DNA of 64,000 bases from Blastocatellia bacterium (GCA_963765495.1 CAVXWP010000001.1:192001-256000); one strand, 5' to 3'. Positions 46,221 to 54,766 are shown, numbered from the stretch's first letter. Numbers and translations are program-made. The notes: generated by a model not told the origin, from the sequence alone.

Positions 46221-47354
46221 ATGAGCGATCAAGTTCTGGGGAGAATACAGAATCGAATAGATGCAATCGAGCGCGCAGAAGCGCCGGTAAGAGTGCTGAT
46301 AGTGGCTCCGTCGCTCGACATTCTGGGCGGGCAGTCCGTCCAGGCTTCGAGGCTGCTTGAGCATTTGAGCCGCGAACCCTCGCTTGAGGTTTCATTTCAG
46401 CCCGTGAACCCGCGTCTGCCGGGGCTTTTGGGAAAGTTGCAAGGCATCAAGTACGTTCGAACCATTTTGACATCGCTTGCCTACTGGGCTTCACTGCTTG
46501 CGCGTGTAAACAGATTCGATGTCATTCACATCTTTTCGGCCTCCTACACTTCCTTTGTCATCGCCCCGACCCCGGCGATTTTGATAGCCCGGTTGTTTGG
46601 AAAAAAGATAGTGCTCAACTATCGCAGCGGCGAAGCCGAAGACCATCTGAAACGCTGGCATCGAACCGCGATTCCTACTATCCGCCTTGTGGATAGAGTC
46701 GCGGTTCCTTCGGGCTATCTCGTAGATGTCTTTGCGCGATTCGGATTGCGCGCTCGCGCGATATACAACACGGTTGACACGGATTGTTTTCGCTTTCGCA
46801 AACGCGACCGCCTTCGTCCCGTCTTTCTTTCAAATCGGAACCTCGAACCGCTTTACAACATAGGCTGTATCCTGCGGGCCTTTTCCATCATTCAGCAGAG
46901 CTACCCCGAAGCGCGACTCGTCGTGGCGGGCGATGGAGGCGCGCGCGCGGGGCTTGAAGAACTGGCGCGAAATCTCAAGCTCAACAACATCGAATTTCTG
47001 GGTCGCGTTCCGCATGAAAAGATGTACCAGCTTTACGCCGAAGCCGATATTTACCTGAACAGCCCCAACATAGACAATATGCCCGGATCAATCATCGAAT
47101 CGTTTGCCTCGGGCCTGCCTGTCGTTACAACGGATGCGGGCGGCATCCCCTACATTGTGACCGAAGGCGAGACGGGGCTGATGGTCGAGCGAGACGATCA
47201 CGAGGCGCTTGCCGAACAGGCTTTGCGCCTGCTTGATGACGAAACCCTGGCGGCGCGGGTAGCAATCAAAGCGCGGGAAGAATGCGATAAGTATAAATGG
47301 TCCTCCGTCAGAAGCCATTGGCTCAAGCTCTATCACGAACTGGCGCGAGAGTGA
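46221..47354 (+). CDS. Glycosyltransferase family 4
   Basis: GGQSVQA, RNLEPLYN, DNMPGSIIESFASG, AGGIPYIV. Confidence 0.9.
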   Translation: MSDQVLGRIQNRIDAIERAEAPVRVLIVAPSLDILGGQSVQASRLLEHLSREPSLEVSFQPVNPRLPGLLGKLQGIKYVRTILTSLAYWASLLARVNRFDVIHIFSASYTSFVIAPTPAILIARLFGKKIVLNYRSGEAEDHLKRWHRTAIPTIRLVDRVAVPSGYLVDVFARFGLRARAIYNTVDTDCFRFRKRDRLRPVFLSNRNLEPLYNIGCILRAFSIIQQSYPEARLVVAGDGGARAGLEELARNLKLNNIEFLGRVPHEKMYQLYAEADIYLNSPNIDNMPGSIIESFASGLPVVTTDAGGIPYIVTEGETGLMVERDDHEALAEQALRLLDDETLAARVAIKAREECDKYKWSSVRSHWLKLYHELARE

Positions 47355-47366
47355 CAGACGTAATTT

Positions 47367-47461
47367 GTGATTCGTGATTCGTGATTCGTGATTCACCTGT
47401 CTTGCAATCTATCTTTAACCGGCAATCTGCCTGAAAGTCACGAATCACGAATCACGAATCA
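47367..47461. repeat. Inverted heptamer element (GTGATTC)4 ... (GAATCAC)3
   Basis: Perfectly complementary arrays; the spacer has CTTGCAAT and CTGCCTGAAAGTCAC. Confidence 0.88.
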
Positions 47462-47726
47462 TTTTTGTAGATATTCGGGAGTTCCAAGTATAGGAAATAC
47501 ATGCCAGAGTGTCGGGTTGAGTTTAGAGCTGGCATTATGAAACCAACATATCGGAACGAGCAAGGGGAACGGCAGAAATTCGGCAGATTTCAAAGCGAGC
47601 TTACTAAAAACCAGAGCGGGATGGTCGAATTGTCATTCATACGATGTCTTACTTGCCTGCCTTCGGTGTAGCCCCTTCGGCGGGTCCGGTTTTTAGCTCC
47701 CTGTCGGAAAGCTGTTGAGGAATAGA

Positions 47727-49370
47727 ATGAGTACTACTGCAAAGCACAGGCTGTCTTCGGTAAAATCGAGCGAAACACCAGATACTTCCCCAGCCCGGCA
47801 ACCCGGGTCCAGAGAGAAGGATCGGGCGGAGGCTCTTTTCCGCGAGCGATTTACGATACTGGAGCGTGTAGGGGCGACCGAACGCTCCACGCTTTACCTG
47901 GCCGAAGACAGGAAAGCGCGAAAGGCGGCGTCTGCCAGATCGGGTGATGTGATCAGACTGGAGGTTCTTTCCGACCTTGCCGCCGAGGATTCGAAGCAAC
48001 TGGACCTGTTTTATCTGGAAGCGGCAGCGGCTGCAAAGCTCTCGCACAGGAACATAATCAATTCCGGGGAAGCAGAACAGGTGGGCGCGCTTCATTGTCG
48101 CACAAGCGAATATCGCCCGGGCGCCTCTACGTTACGCAATCTGCTTGACCGCTCCGGCTGGCTCGATATCTCAAGGGCGATAAATATCACAACCCAGATT
48201 GCCGACGCGCTCGATGAGGCTCATCAAAAAGGGGTGCTGCATTTGCAAGTGCAGCCGGAAAACATCCTGATCGAGGAAGACGGGCGGGCACGGTTATCAG
48301 GATTCGGCCTCAATGCGAGCGATGATAAGAGAAATGATGCGCGTGACAAACTGGCCTGGCTGGCCTGGGCGCAACGCGAAAGAGCAAGCCGTCTGCCTGT
48401 GCATTACATAAGCCCGGAACAGGCGAGAAGCGCAAGTGTGGACCACCGCAGCGACCTCTATTCGCTCGGCATCGTGCTGTTTGAAATCTTGACTGATCGC
48501 CTGCCTTTCGATTCGGAGGATTTAAGCCTCGTCAGGCGAAAACTTACAAATCAAGCGCCGCCGCCGCCCGGTATGTTGCGAGCCGGGTTGCCGGAATCGC
48601 TGTCGGATATAGTGATGAGACTGCTTGCGAAAAAGCCGGAAAACCGTTTTCAAAGCGCCGCATCGCTCAAAGCGGCATTGAACCCCGATTCCCGGCGATC
48701 TTCCATCGCCGTCGCAAAGCCTGAAAGACTATCGCTTCTTCGGGATTATGACCGAAGCAAACGCGAAGCGCCTCTGAGTGAAATCGAGCCGGTCAATGTT
48801 GAACCGACTCAATCGCGCCACGCTCAGCCCCTTCACGCCCGCGAATCCTACGAACCGCCCGAGATCATCCGCCTTGATTCGCCTCCGAGCCTCAAAGGCG
48901 AGCGCAACTCGGGCGAGCGCAACTCGGGCGAGCGCAACTCGCCGCTCGTAGCCGCAGATCAAACATCACCGCCACGGCAGACCCTGCCGCCGCAGACGAG
49001 TTCGAACAATAACAGCTTCGCGGGGCGATACGTCCTGCTTCTTCTTGCGGTGATTTTAGTGGTCGCTTCTCTTATCACGCTCGCCGTGACGGGCGTTTCA
49101 CGTCACACTCAACCGTCGCCCGCGCCGAGCTATACGGGCAATACATCGGCCACGCCTCAACCATCGGAGGATGTGCCGGAAAAGAGCGGGGCTTTGCCCG
49201 CCGACGGCAATCGTAACGCGTCTGCCGGTCAGCCAAATGCCGGGACGAATTCGACGCCAAAGAGCGCCCCAAAGAGTAAAGCCGTAAAAGCGAAAACGTC
49301 ACGAGTACAGTCGAAAAAGAAAACAGTAAAAGGTTCCAGCGCAAAGCGGTCTACCAGAAGACGAAGATAA
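47727..49370 (+). CDS. Membrane-anchored Ser/Thr protein kinase-like protein, predicted pseudokinase
   Basis: Hanks fold recognisable (LSHRNII, QPENILI, YISPEQ, DHRSDLYSLG, RLLAKKPENR) but catalytic motifs are degenerate; one TM and a basic tail. Confidence 0.85.
   Translation: MSTTAKHRLSSVKSSETPDTSPARQPGSREKDRAEALFRERFTILERVGATERSTLYLAEDRKARKAASARSGDVIRLEVLSDLAAEDSKQLDLFYLEAAAAAKLSHRNIINSGEAEQVGALHCRTSEYRPGASTLRNLLDRSGWLDISRAINITTQIADALDEAHQKGVLHLQVQPENILIEEDGRARLSGFGLNASDDKRNDARDKLAWLAWAQRERASRLPVHYISPEQARSASVDHRSDLYSLGIVLFEILTDRLPFDSEDLSLVRRKLTNQAPPPPGMLRAGLPESLSDIVMRLLAKKPENRFQSAASLKAALNPDSRRSSIAVAKPERLSLLRDYDRSKREAPLSEIEPVNVEPTQSRHAQPLHARESYEPPEIIRLDSPPSLKGERNSGERNSGERNSPLVAADQTSPPRQTLPPQTSSNNNSFAGRYVLLLLAVILVVASLITLAVTGVSRHTQPSPAPSYTGNTSATPQPSEDVPEKSGALPADGNRNASAGQPNAGTNSTPKSAPKSKAVKAKTSRVQSKKKTVKGSSAKRSTRRRR
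48897..48941 (+). repeat. In-frame 15-nt tandem repeat x3 (GERNS)
   Basis: ggcgagcgcaactcg x3. Confidence 0.95.
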
Positions 49371-49383
49371 GGGAGATAATTGA

Positions 49384-50286
49384 ATGTACGCACAGTTTTA
49401 CGGGTTCAAAGAGACGCCTTTCGGGCTGACGCCAAATCCGAAATATATCTTCAAGACCGAAAGCTATCTTGAAGTCATATCGAGTCTGAAATATTGCATC
49501 AGCCAGTATAAGGGACTGGTGGTCGTGCTCGGAGAGGTCGGGACCGGAAAGACTACGACCTTGCGCTCTATGCTTCAGCAACTCGGCCCCGATATAGTCT
49601 CCATCTATATCCTGAATCCCTTCCTAACCGTGCCCGAATTTTATCACTGGCTCACGAAGAGTCTGAGGCTTGATCTCGCGCCGTCCTGTTCCAAGCCCGA
49701 GTTGCTCGAAACGCTGGCGATCTGTCTTGCCCGTCGCCACGCGAAAGGGTCAAGGACCGTACTGATTGCCGACGAGGCGCATGGATTGTCGCAGGAAGTT
49801 CTCGAAGAGATACGCCTGCTTGCCAATCTCGAAACGAATACCGAAAAGCTGTTGCAGATCGTTTTGTGCGGACAGCCCGAGCTTCGAGAAACGCTGAACA
49901 GACCGAACCTGCGCCAGATCAAACAGCGCATCGCCATGCGCTGTACGATCAACCCGCTTGAGATGTACGAAATCAATAAGTACATCCGGTTCCGAATGAA
50001 GACAGCCGGAGCCGAACGTCTGGATATATTCGATTCAGAAGCGATTGATCTGATCGGTCGGCTCTCTCAGGGCATCCCGCGAGTCATCAATAATATCTGT
50101 GATAACGCACTCCTGCGCGGCTACGCGGACAATCAGGAAATTATCACACGCGACATCATTCAAGAGGTGGCCACGGTGCTCGATATCTGTACAGATGGTC
50201 TGCCCGGCAGCAATCAATCGGACCTGCATGCCTGGACATCTCCGTCCGATGTGCAGCTGAATCCGTTTGACGTCCCGCATAACTGA
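49384..50286 (+). CDS. ExeA/GspA-like AAA ATPase (PEP-CTERM-locus-type secretion ATPase)
   Basis: MY..FYGFKE.PF.LTPNP, Walker A GEVGTGKTT, Walker B IADEAH, LCGQPEL, GIPRVINNICD; no periplasmic extension. Confidence 0.9.
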   Translation: MYAQFYGFKETPFGLTPNPKYIFKTESYLEVISSLKYCISQYKGLVVVLGEVGTGKTTTLRSMLQQLGPDIVSIYILNPFLTVPEFYHWLTKSLRLDLAPSCSKPELLETLAICLARRHAKGSRTVLIADEAHGLSQEVLEEIRLLANLETNTEKLLQIVLCGQPELRETLNRPNLRQIKQRIAMRCTINPLEMYEINKYIRFRMKTAGAERLDIFDSEAIDLIGRLSQGIPRVINNICDNALLRGYADNQEIITRDIIQEVATVLDICTDGLPGSNQSDLHAWTSPSDVQLNPFDVPHN

Positions 50287-50507
50287 GACATCAACTGGTC
50301 ATCTTTGCTAACCGACTGTCTGAATGTGTAACAAGGGTTATAGAAACAACCCTTGCGAAAATATTATGACTCAATAATAAGTCCGGCCCTTTACATCACG
50401 CTAAATGGGTGAGCCGCCCATTTAGCGTTTAACCACGGCAGGTTATTGAAATCAATAGGCTTACCAACTGTCTTTCCCCCCTCGATTCCCTGAAAGGAAA
50501 GAGCTTG

Positions 50508-50552
50508 CGGCATAATGCTTGCTCCATAATGCTTGCTCCATAATGCTTGCTC
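50508..50552 (+). promoter_or_regulatory. sigma54-type promoter CGGCATAATGCTTGCT with triplicated 14-nt segment
   Basis: GG-N10-GC with GGCA and TTGCT; cataatgcttgctc x3 at 50511-50552. Confidence 0.65.
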
Positions 50553-50771
50553 TTAGATAAGGTTCAGAAAAAGGATGAGGGGAGTAAAATCCAGACACCA
50601 GCAAGAAATTATTCCAGGCATGAATTGAGACATCAAAAGAGAACTGTCTGATCGAGTACAAGCGCGATGGTGAAGTCAACTCAGGGTGACGGCGCTTGCG
50701 ACCGGAGGAGTCGTAGCCGGATGAGGCTACGCAAGGGCGGTTCTGTATTTTTTGAACAGTGGGGGAGGCTA

Positions 50772-52013
50772 ATGGTAAAGGATATAAAGAAGACGTGGGT
50801 AGAATTGCTTTCAAAAGGGGAGATCGAACAGGTTTGGGAAAGGCTTTTTAAGGTGGTATCGAACCACTCTTCTGTTAGAAAACTTTTCGCATCCGGCAAT
50901 ATGTCTTACCAGACAATGGTGGATGCGCATGGGGACCTGACTCAGGACCTGTTTCTAAAGCTCTTTGAGAAAGACCGTTTTCGATATTACATCGAATCCG
51001 GGTATTCAGATGAAAAGGTGGATCGGGAGATATATCGTTTCGAAATTCCAAATCTCATATCGAGGCTGATGCGCGAACGTTTCCCCGAATCTTATCGCAT
51101 AGCACGACGCACGAGCGAGATACTAAAAACCGGAGATGAATTTCAATATTACCCGCATTTGATCTCCTCTTCGAACCGGGTAAAGGCTCAGGAATGGATG
51201 TCGGCAAGCCGCAAGCTCGTCTTACAGATTTACGGGCTGAAAGGCTGGCCTTTGGATAAAGCCATGCGCGACAGGCGGCAGATAGCGCAGATGGCCAGTG
51301 AGGTAAACATAAGGCTGCGAAACAATCAGCGTACCGGGCGCGGCGAAGGCTCGCAGGTGATAATCTCGAACACCGAGTTGAGCGAATTGATAGTCAACAT
51401 ATTCGAGGTCACAGATTCGCCTGTCGATGTTCAGATGATGAGATCGCTTGTCTTATCGAAACTGATGGTGGAAGATTCCGAATTTATTTCCATAGATGCC
51501 GGTGTAACGCTTTCGTCCGACACCGATCAGCAGATGCCCGGCCTCGACATCGCCGATGAGAGGCCGACCCCCGAAGAAATACTTCTCGACAAGGAACAGT
51601 CGCGGCAGGTCGAAGAACTTGTTTCGCAGTTGTTTGAAAGGATGGAGAAGGCGGTTAAGTATAAACAGAGAAGGCTAAACAAGTTGCTGCGCGTAGTCTG
51701 GAACTGTTACTTCAACCCTTCGTCTCCTTCTCAAAGCGGCATCGCCAAAGTGATGGGTGTCTCGGATTCGCTCGTTAGCTATTACCGTAAAATATTCGAT
51801 GAAATAGTCGAAAGCCTCAAGCTTACCGACGACGAATTTATCCTCTTCAACAGTGCTATGAACGATAAGCTGATGTCTTTTATAGCAGCCCTGCCCGCGG
51901 AGAAGCAGGCGAAATCGAATGGCAAGGGCAAAAAATCTGAAATTTATAACACCGGCGAACTGGTGGCGCGGTATCAGGCGAAAGCGGCGCGCGCCTCGTG
52001 CTGCGGAGATTGA
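50772..52013 (+). CDS. Hypothetical protein resembling an enlarged ECF/sigma70-family factor
   Basis: GGAGG RBS; region-2-like DLTQDLFLKLFE, linker SIDA...DIADERPTPEEILL, region-4-like HTH PSQSGIAKVMGVSDSLVSYYRK. Confidence 0.55.
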   Translation: MVKDIKKTWVELLSKGEIEQVWERLFKVVSNHSSVRKLFASGNMSYQTMVDAHGDLTQDLFLKLFEKDRFRYYIESGYSDEKVDREIYRFEIPNLISRLMRERFPESYRIARRTSEILKTGDEFQYYPHLISSSNRVKAQEWMSASRKLVLQIYGLKGWPLDKAMRDRRQIAQMASEVNIRLRNNQRTGRGEGSQVIISNTELSELIVNIFEVTDSPVDVQMMRSLVLSKLMVEDSEFISIDAGVTLSSDTDQQMPGLDIADERPTPEEILLDKEQSRQVEELVSQLFERMEKAVKYKQRRLNKLLRVVWNCYFNPSSPSQSGIAKVMGVSDSLVSYYRKIFDEIVESLKLTDDEFILFNSAMNDKLMSFIAALPAEKQAKSNGKGKKSEIYNTGELVARYQAKAARASCCGD

Positions 52014-52044
52014 ACGGGGAATGGAGTTCTTTCACACGTGCCCG

Positions 52045-52080
52045 TATGAGATTTCAGATTTCCAAACCTGAAATCTCATA
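52045..52080. terminator. 13-bp hairpin between convergent genes
   Basis: tatgagatttcag/ctgaaatctcata; related to the TGAGATT heptamer family. Confidence 0.65.
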
Positions 52081-52098
52081 TACCGCAGCGCGTACCAA

Positions 52099-53196
52099 TC
52101 AGGAACGTGCGAGAAACTGCGTGAATAAACCGTGAAAATGATGGACGCCGTTTTCCCGTTTCACCGAGTATCGCCCGTTTGTATATGTGCGCGAACGTAG
52201 CCCCCTCTGAACGGCTTCGCAAATAGCTATGTCCTCAAGCTGAATCTCGTCGCTGAATTCTACGGTGCGGCGAATACTCTCCCGCACGTCGTTTTTTTCG
52301 GGATCGAGAAAGAACCATTCAAAGATGGTGAGCGTTCGCTCGGGTCCGAGCGGGACTATCAGGTTTGTCGAATAATTATCGGGGTAGACGTTGAGCATCA
52401 GATTCGGGAATATCCAGAAATACTGGGCCTCGTAGGTGGCCGCATCCCCGTCGGCCAGCAGGCGCGCAGCTTTACTTTTTTTGATAGGCGAATGCTGGAT
52501 CGAATAGAGGGTTCTGGTTTCGGTTCTATATCGGGAATAATCAAGCTCGCGGTTGAGTGAAGGATGCACGATGGGGATGTGATAGCCTTCGAGGTAATTG
52601 TCTACGTAGACCTTCCAGTTACAATCGACAAACCAGTCTTTACGAGCAGCCGGGCGCATACGCGACAGGTCGTGATGCGCGATGCGGGAAGGCAGGTCTT
52701 CGAGCGTGTCGGCGAGCGGCGCGCACGCCCGGTCGAGATTGACAAAGACCAGACCGGCCCATGTCTCTACTTTGAACTGAGGAAGACGATACTCTTCCCT
52801 TTCGAAGCAGGCCACGCCGTCGAATTCGGGTGTGCCCGAAAGTCGTCCGTCGAGCAGATAGGTCCAGCCGTGATAGCCGCACTGAAAGACTTTGCGATTG
52901 CCGCAGTCGCGCGCTACGGGGCCTGCGCGATGGCGGCATACGTTTGAGAATGCCCGCAATTTTTCATCCGCGCCGCGCGCTACGATCAAAGGCTCGTCGC
53001 CGATTGTCGTAGTAAAATAATCGCCTGGTGATTGGACCTGATCCGTGCGGCCCGCGAGTTGCCACGTTTGGGAAAAGATGGTCTCTTTCTCTTTTTCAAG
53101 GATCGCGGGATCAAAGTACCACGCGGCGGGCAGCGTCCGGGCGTAGGCGACTCGCTCATCAAATGAATAATCCATTGAATAATCCATGCCGCTCAT
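52099..53196 (-). CDS. Rieske aromatic-ring-hydroxylating oxygenase alpha subunit (choline monooxygenase-like)
   Basis: Rieske CRHR...CGYHGW; mononuclear Fe ligands NWK...DNYLEGYHIP.VH and ED...CE.VQ.G. Confidence 0.88.
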   Translation of the reverse strand: MSGMDYSMDYSFDERVAYARTLPAAWYFDPAILEKEKETIFSQTWQLAGRTDQVQSPGDYFTTTIGDEPLIVARGADEKLRAFSNVCRHRAGPVARDCGNRKVFQCGYHGWTYLLDGRLSGTPEFDGVACFEREEYRLPQFKVETWAGLVFVNLDRACAPLADTLEDLPSRIAHHDLSRMRPAARKDWFVDCNWKVYVDNYLEGYHIPIVHPSLNRELDYSRYRTETRTLYSIQHSPIKKSKAARLLADGDAATYEAQYFWIFPNLMLNVYPDNYSTNLIVPLGPERTLTIFEWFFLDPEKNDVRESIRRTVEFSDEIQLEDIAICEAVQRGLRSRTYTNGRYSVKRENGVHHFHGLFTQFLARS

Positions 53197-53247
53197 AGGC
53201 TTTCCCCCACAGGATTTTGATGATAACACGGTCTGAGCGCTAAAGGC

Positions 53248-54615
53248 TCAGGTGAGCCTCCGGCCAACCCATTTGAGCAGGTGGTATACGGGGTAACTGG
53301 CCGCGAGCAATACGAGCGCATAGACGCTGTTTTCGGTGTCGGCCCTTATTGCTCCCGCAAGAAAGGCGATTGAGCCTGCGAGCGCGAGCCCCGTCGTCCA
53401 CGGATAGCCCCACGCCCTGTAGGGACGCTCTCGCTCAGGCTCTCGCCGTCTGAGAACGAAGACCGATATAAACGACATTATGTAATTGACCACGAAGAAA
53501 AACGCGAGGACGGCGATTACCTTTTCAAAGGTGCGGCTCAAGAGGAAAAGCGCGGCTACGGCGGTGCTCAAAAACAGGGCGATGGTCGGCGTTCCTCCTT
53601 CGTTGACCTTCACTATTTTATTCGACACAAGCCCGTCGCGGCTCATTGCAAAGATCACCCGCGTCGCCATCAGATGATAGGCGTTTATGCCGCTCAACAT
53701 CGAAAGTATCGTCAGTCCCCTGATTATCCTGTCTCCGTTCGCACCAAAGATGGCATTTGCGGCGGTGGCTGCCGCAAGCGTTTCTCCGGCCATCTTAGAG
53801 ATCGGCAATACGTAAAGAAAAGCAAGGTTGACCAGCACGTAAATCCCTATGATGGCAAACACTCCGCCAAGCGTAGAGCGCGGGATGCTGCGGCTCGGGT
53901 CGCGCACCTCTTCGGAAAAATAGATCACACCCGCCCAGCCGTCATAGGTGTAGATCACCGCTTGCAGCGCCAGTATTACGGCGAGAAAAAGCGGCAGCCC
54001 GCTCGGCACTGCTTGCCCGGGGGCAGTGGCTTCCGCGCGGTTGCCGCCCAGTATGAAACAGGCCGCGACCAGCGCGATAAAGGCCAGCGCCTTGAGCAGG
54101 CTTGTGAGGTTTTGAACGCTGCTGCCCCACTTCAATCCGCGCCATTGCAGCAGCGCAAATACGATTACGACCGCAAGCGCAATAGAGACCTCGCGGCCCG
54201 CAAGCGCGGGCACGAGCACGCCCGCGTATTCGCCTATGACGATAGAGACGGCAGCCGTAGTGCCGCAGGTCGAAAGCCAGTCGCTCCACCCTACGATAAA
54301 CCCAGCGTAATCGCCGAGCGCGTAGTGGGCGAAGACGTATTGCCCGCCCGAGCGCGGGATCATCGTGCCGAGTTCGGAGATTGAAAACGCGCCGAGCAAT
54401 GCGTAGAGCCCGCCTGCAAACCACACGCCCATAAAAAGCCAGGGGTCGGGCAGACGGGCGGCAACCTCGCCGGGCGTACGCAGTATGCCTGCCCCGATTG
54501 TGTTGCCGATGATGACGGCCAGCCCGAAGCCTACGCCCAGTATGCGCAACAATCGGCCCCGGCGCTCGCGCTCGCTATGTCTCGGTTCAGGACGCAAACG
54601 ATTTTCCCTCCTCAA
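53248..54615 (-). CDS. APC family amino acid permease
   Basis: IGNTIGAGI, ELGTMIPRSGG.Y, YTYDGW...SEEV.DP, R..FAMSRDG, RPYRAWGYP. Confidence 0.92.
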   Translation of the reverse strand: MRRENRLRPEPRHSERERRGRLLRILGVGFGLAVIIGNTIGAGILRTPGEVAARLPDPWLFMGVWFAGGLYALLGAFSISELGTMIPRSGGQYVFAHYALGDYAGFIVGWSDWLSTCGTTAAVSIVIGEYAGVLVPALAGREVSIALAVVIVFALLQWRGLKWGSSVQNLTSLLKALAFIALVAACFILGGNRAEATAPGQAVPSGLPLFLAVILALQAVIYTYDGWAGVIYFSEEVRDPSRSIPRSTLGGVFAIIGIYVLVNLAFLYVLPISKMAGETLAAATAANAIFGANGDRIIRGLTILSMLSGINAYHLMATRVIFAMSRDGLVSNKIVKVNEGGTPTIALFLSTAVAALFLLSRTFEKVIAVLAFFFVVNYIMSFISVFVLRRREPERERPYRAWGYPWTTGLALAGSIAFLAGAIRADTENSVYALVLLAASYPVYHLLKWVGRRLT

Positions 54616-54654
54616 AGGCTTGATATTATTCTTCAGATACTCGCCCTTTGCAAT

Positions 54655-54766
54655 GCGTGATTGGTGATTGGTGATTGGTGATGCGTGATTTACAAGACTT
54701 GCAATATGCCTGTAACAATCAAGCCTCTATAGAATCACGAATCACGCATCACCAATCACCAATCAC
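54655..54766. repeat. Inverted heptamer element (KSGTGAT)5 ... (SMATCAC)5
   Basis: gcgtgat/tggtgat arrays versus gaatcac/gcatcac/caatcac; the spacer contains CTTGCAAT. Confidence 0.85.
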
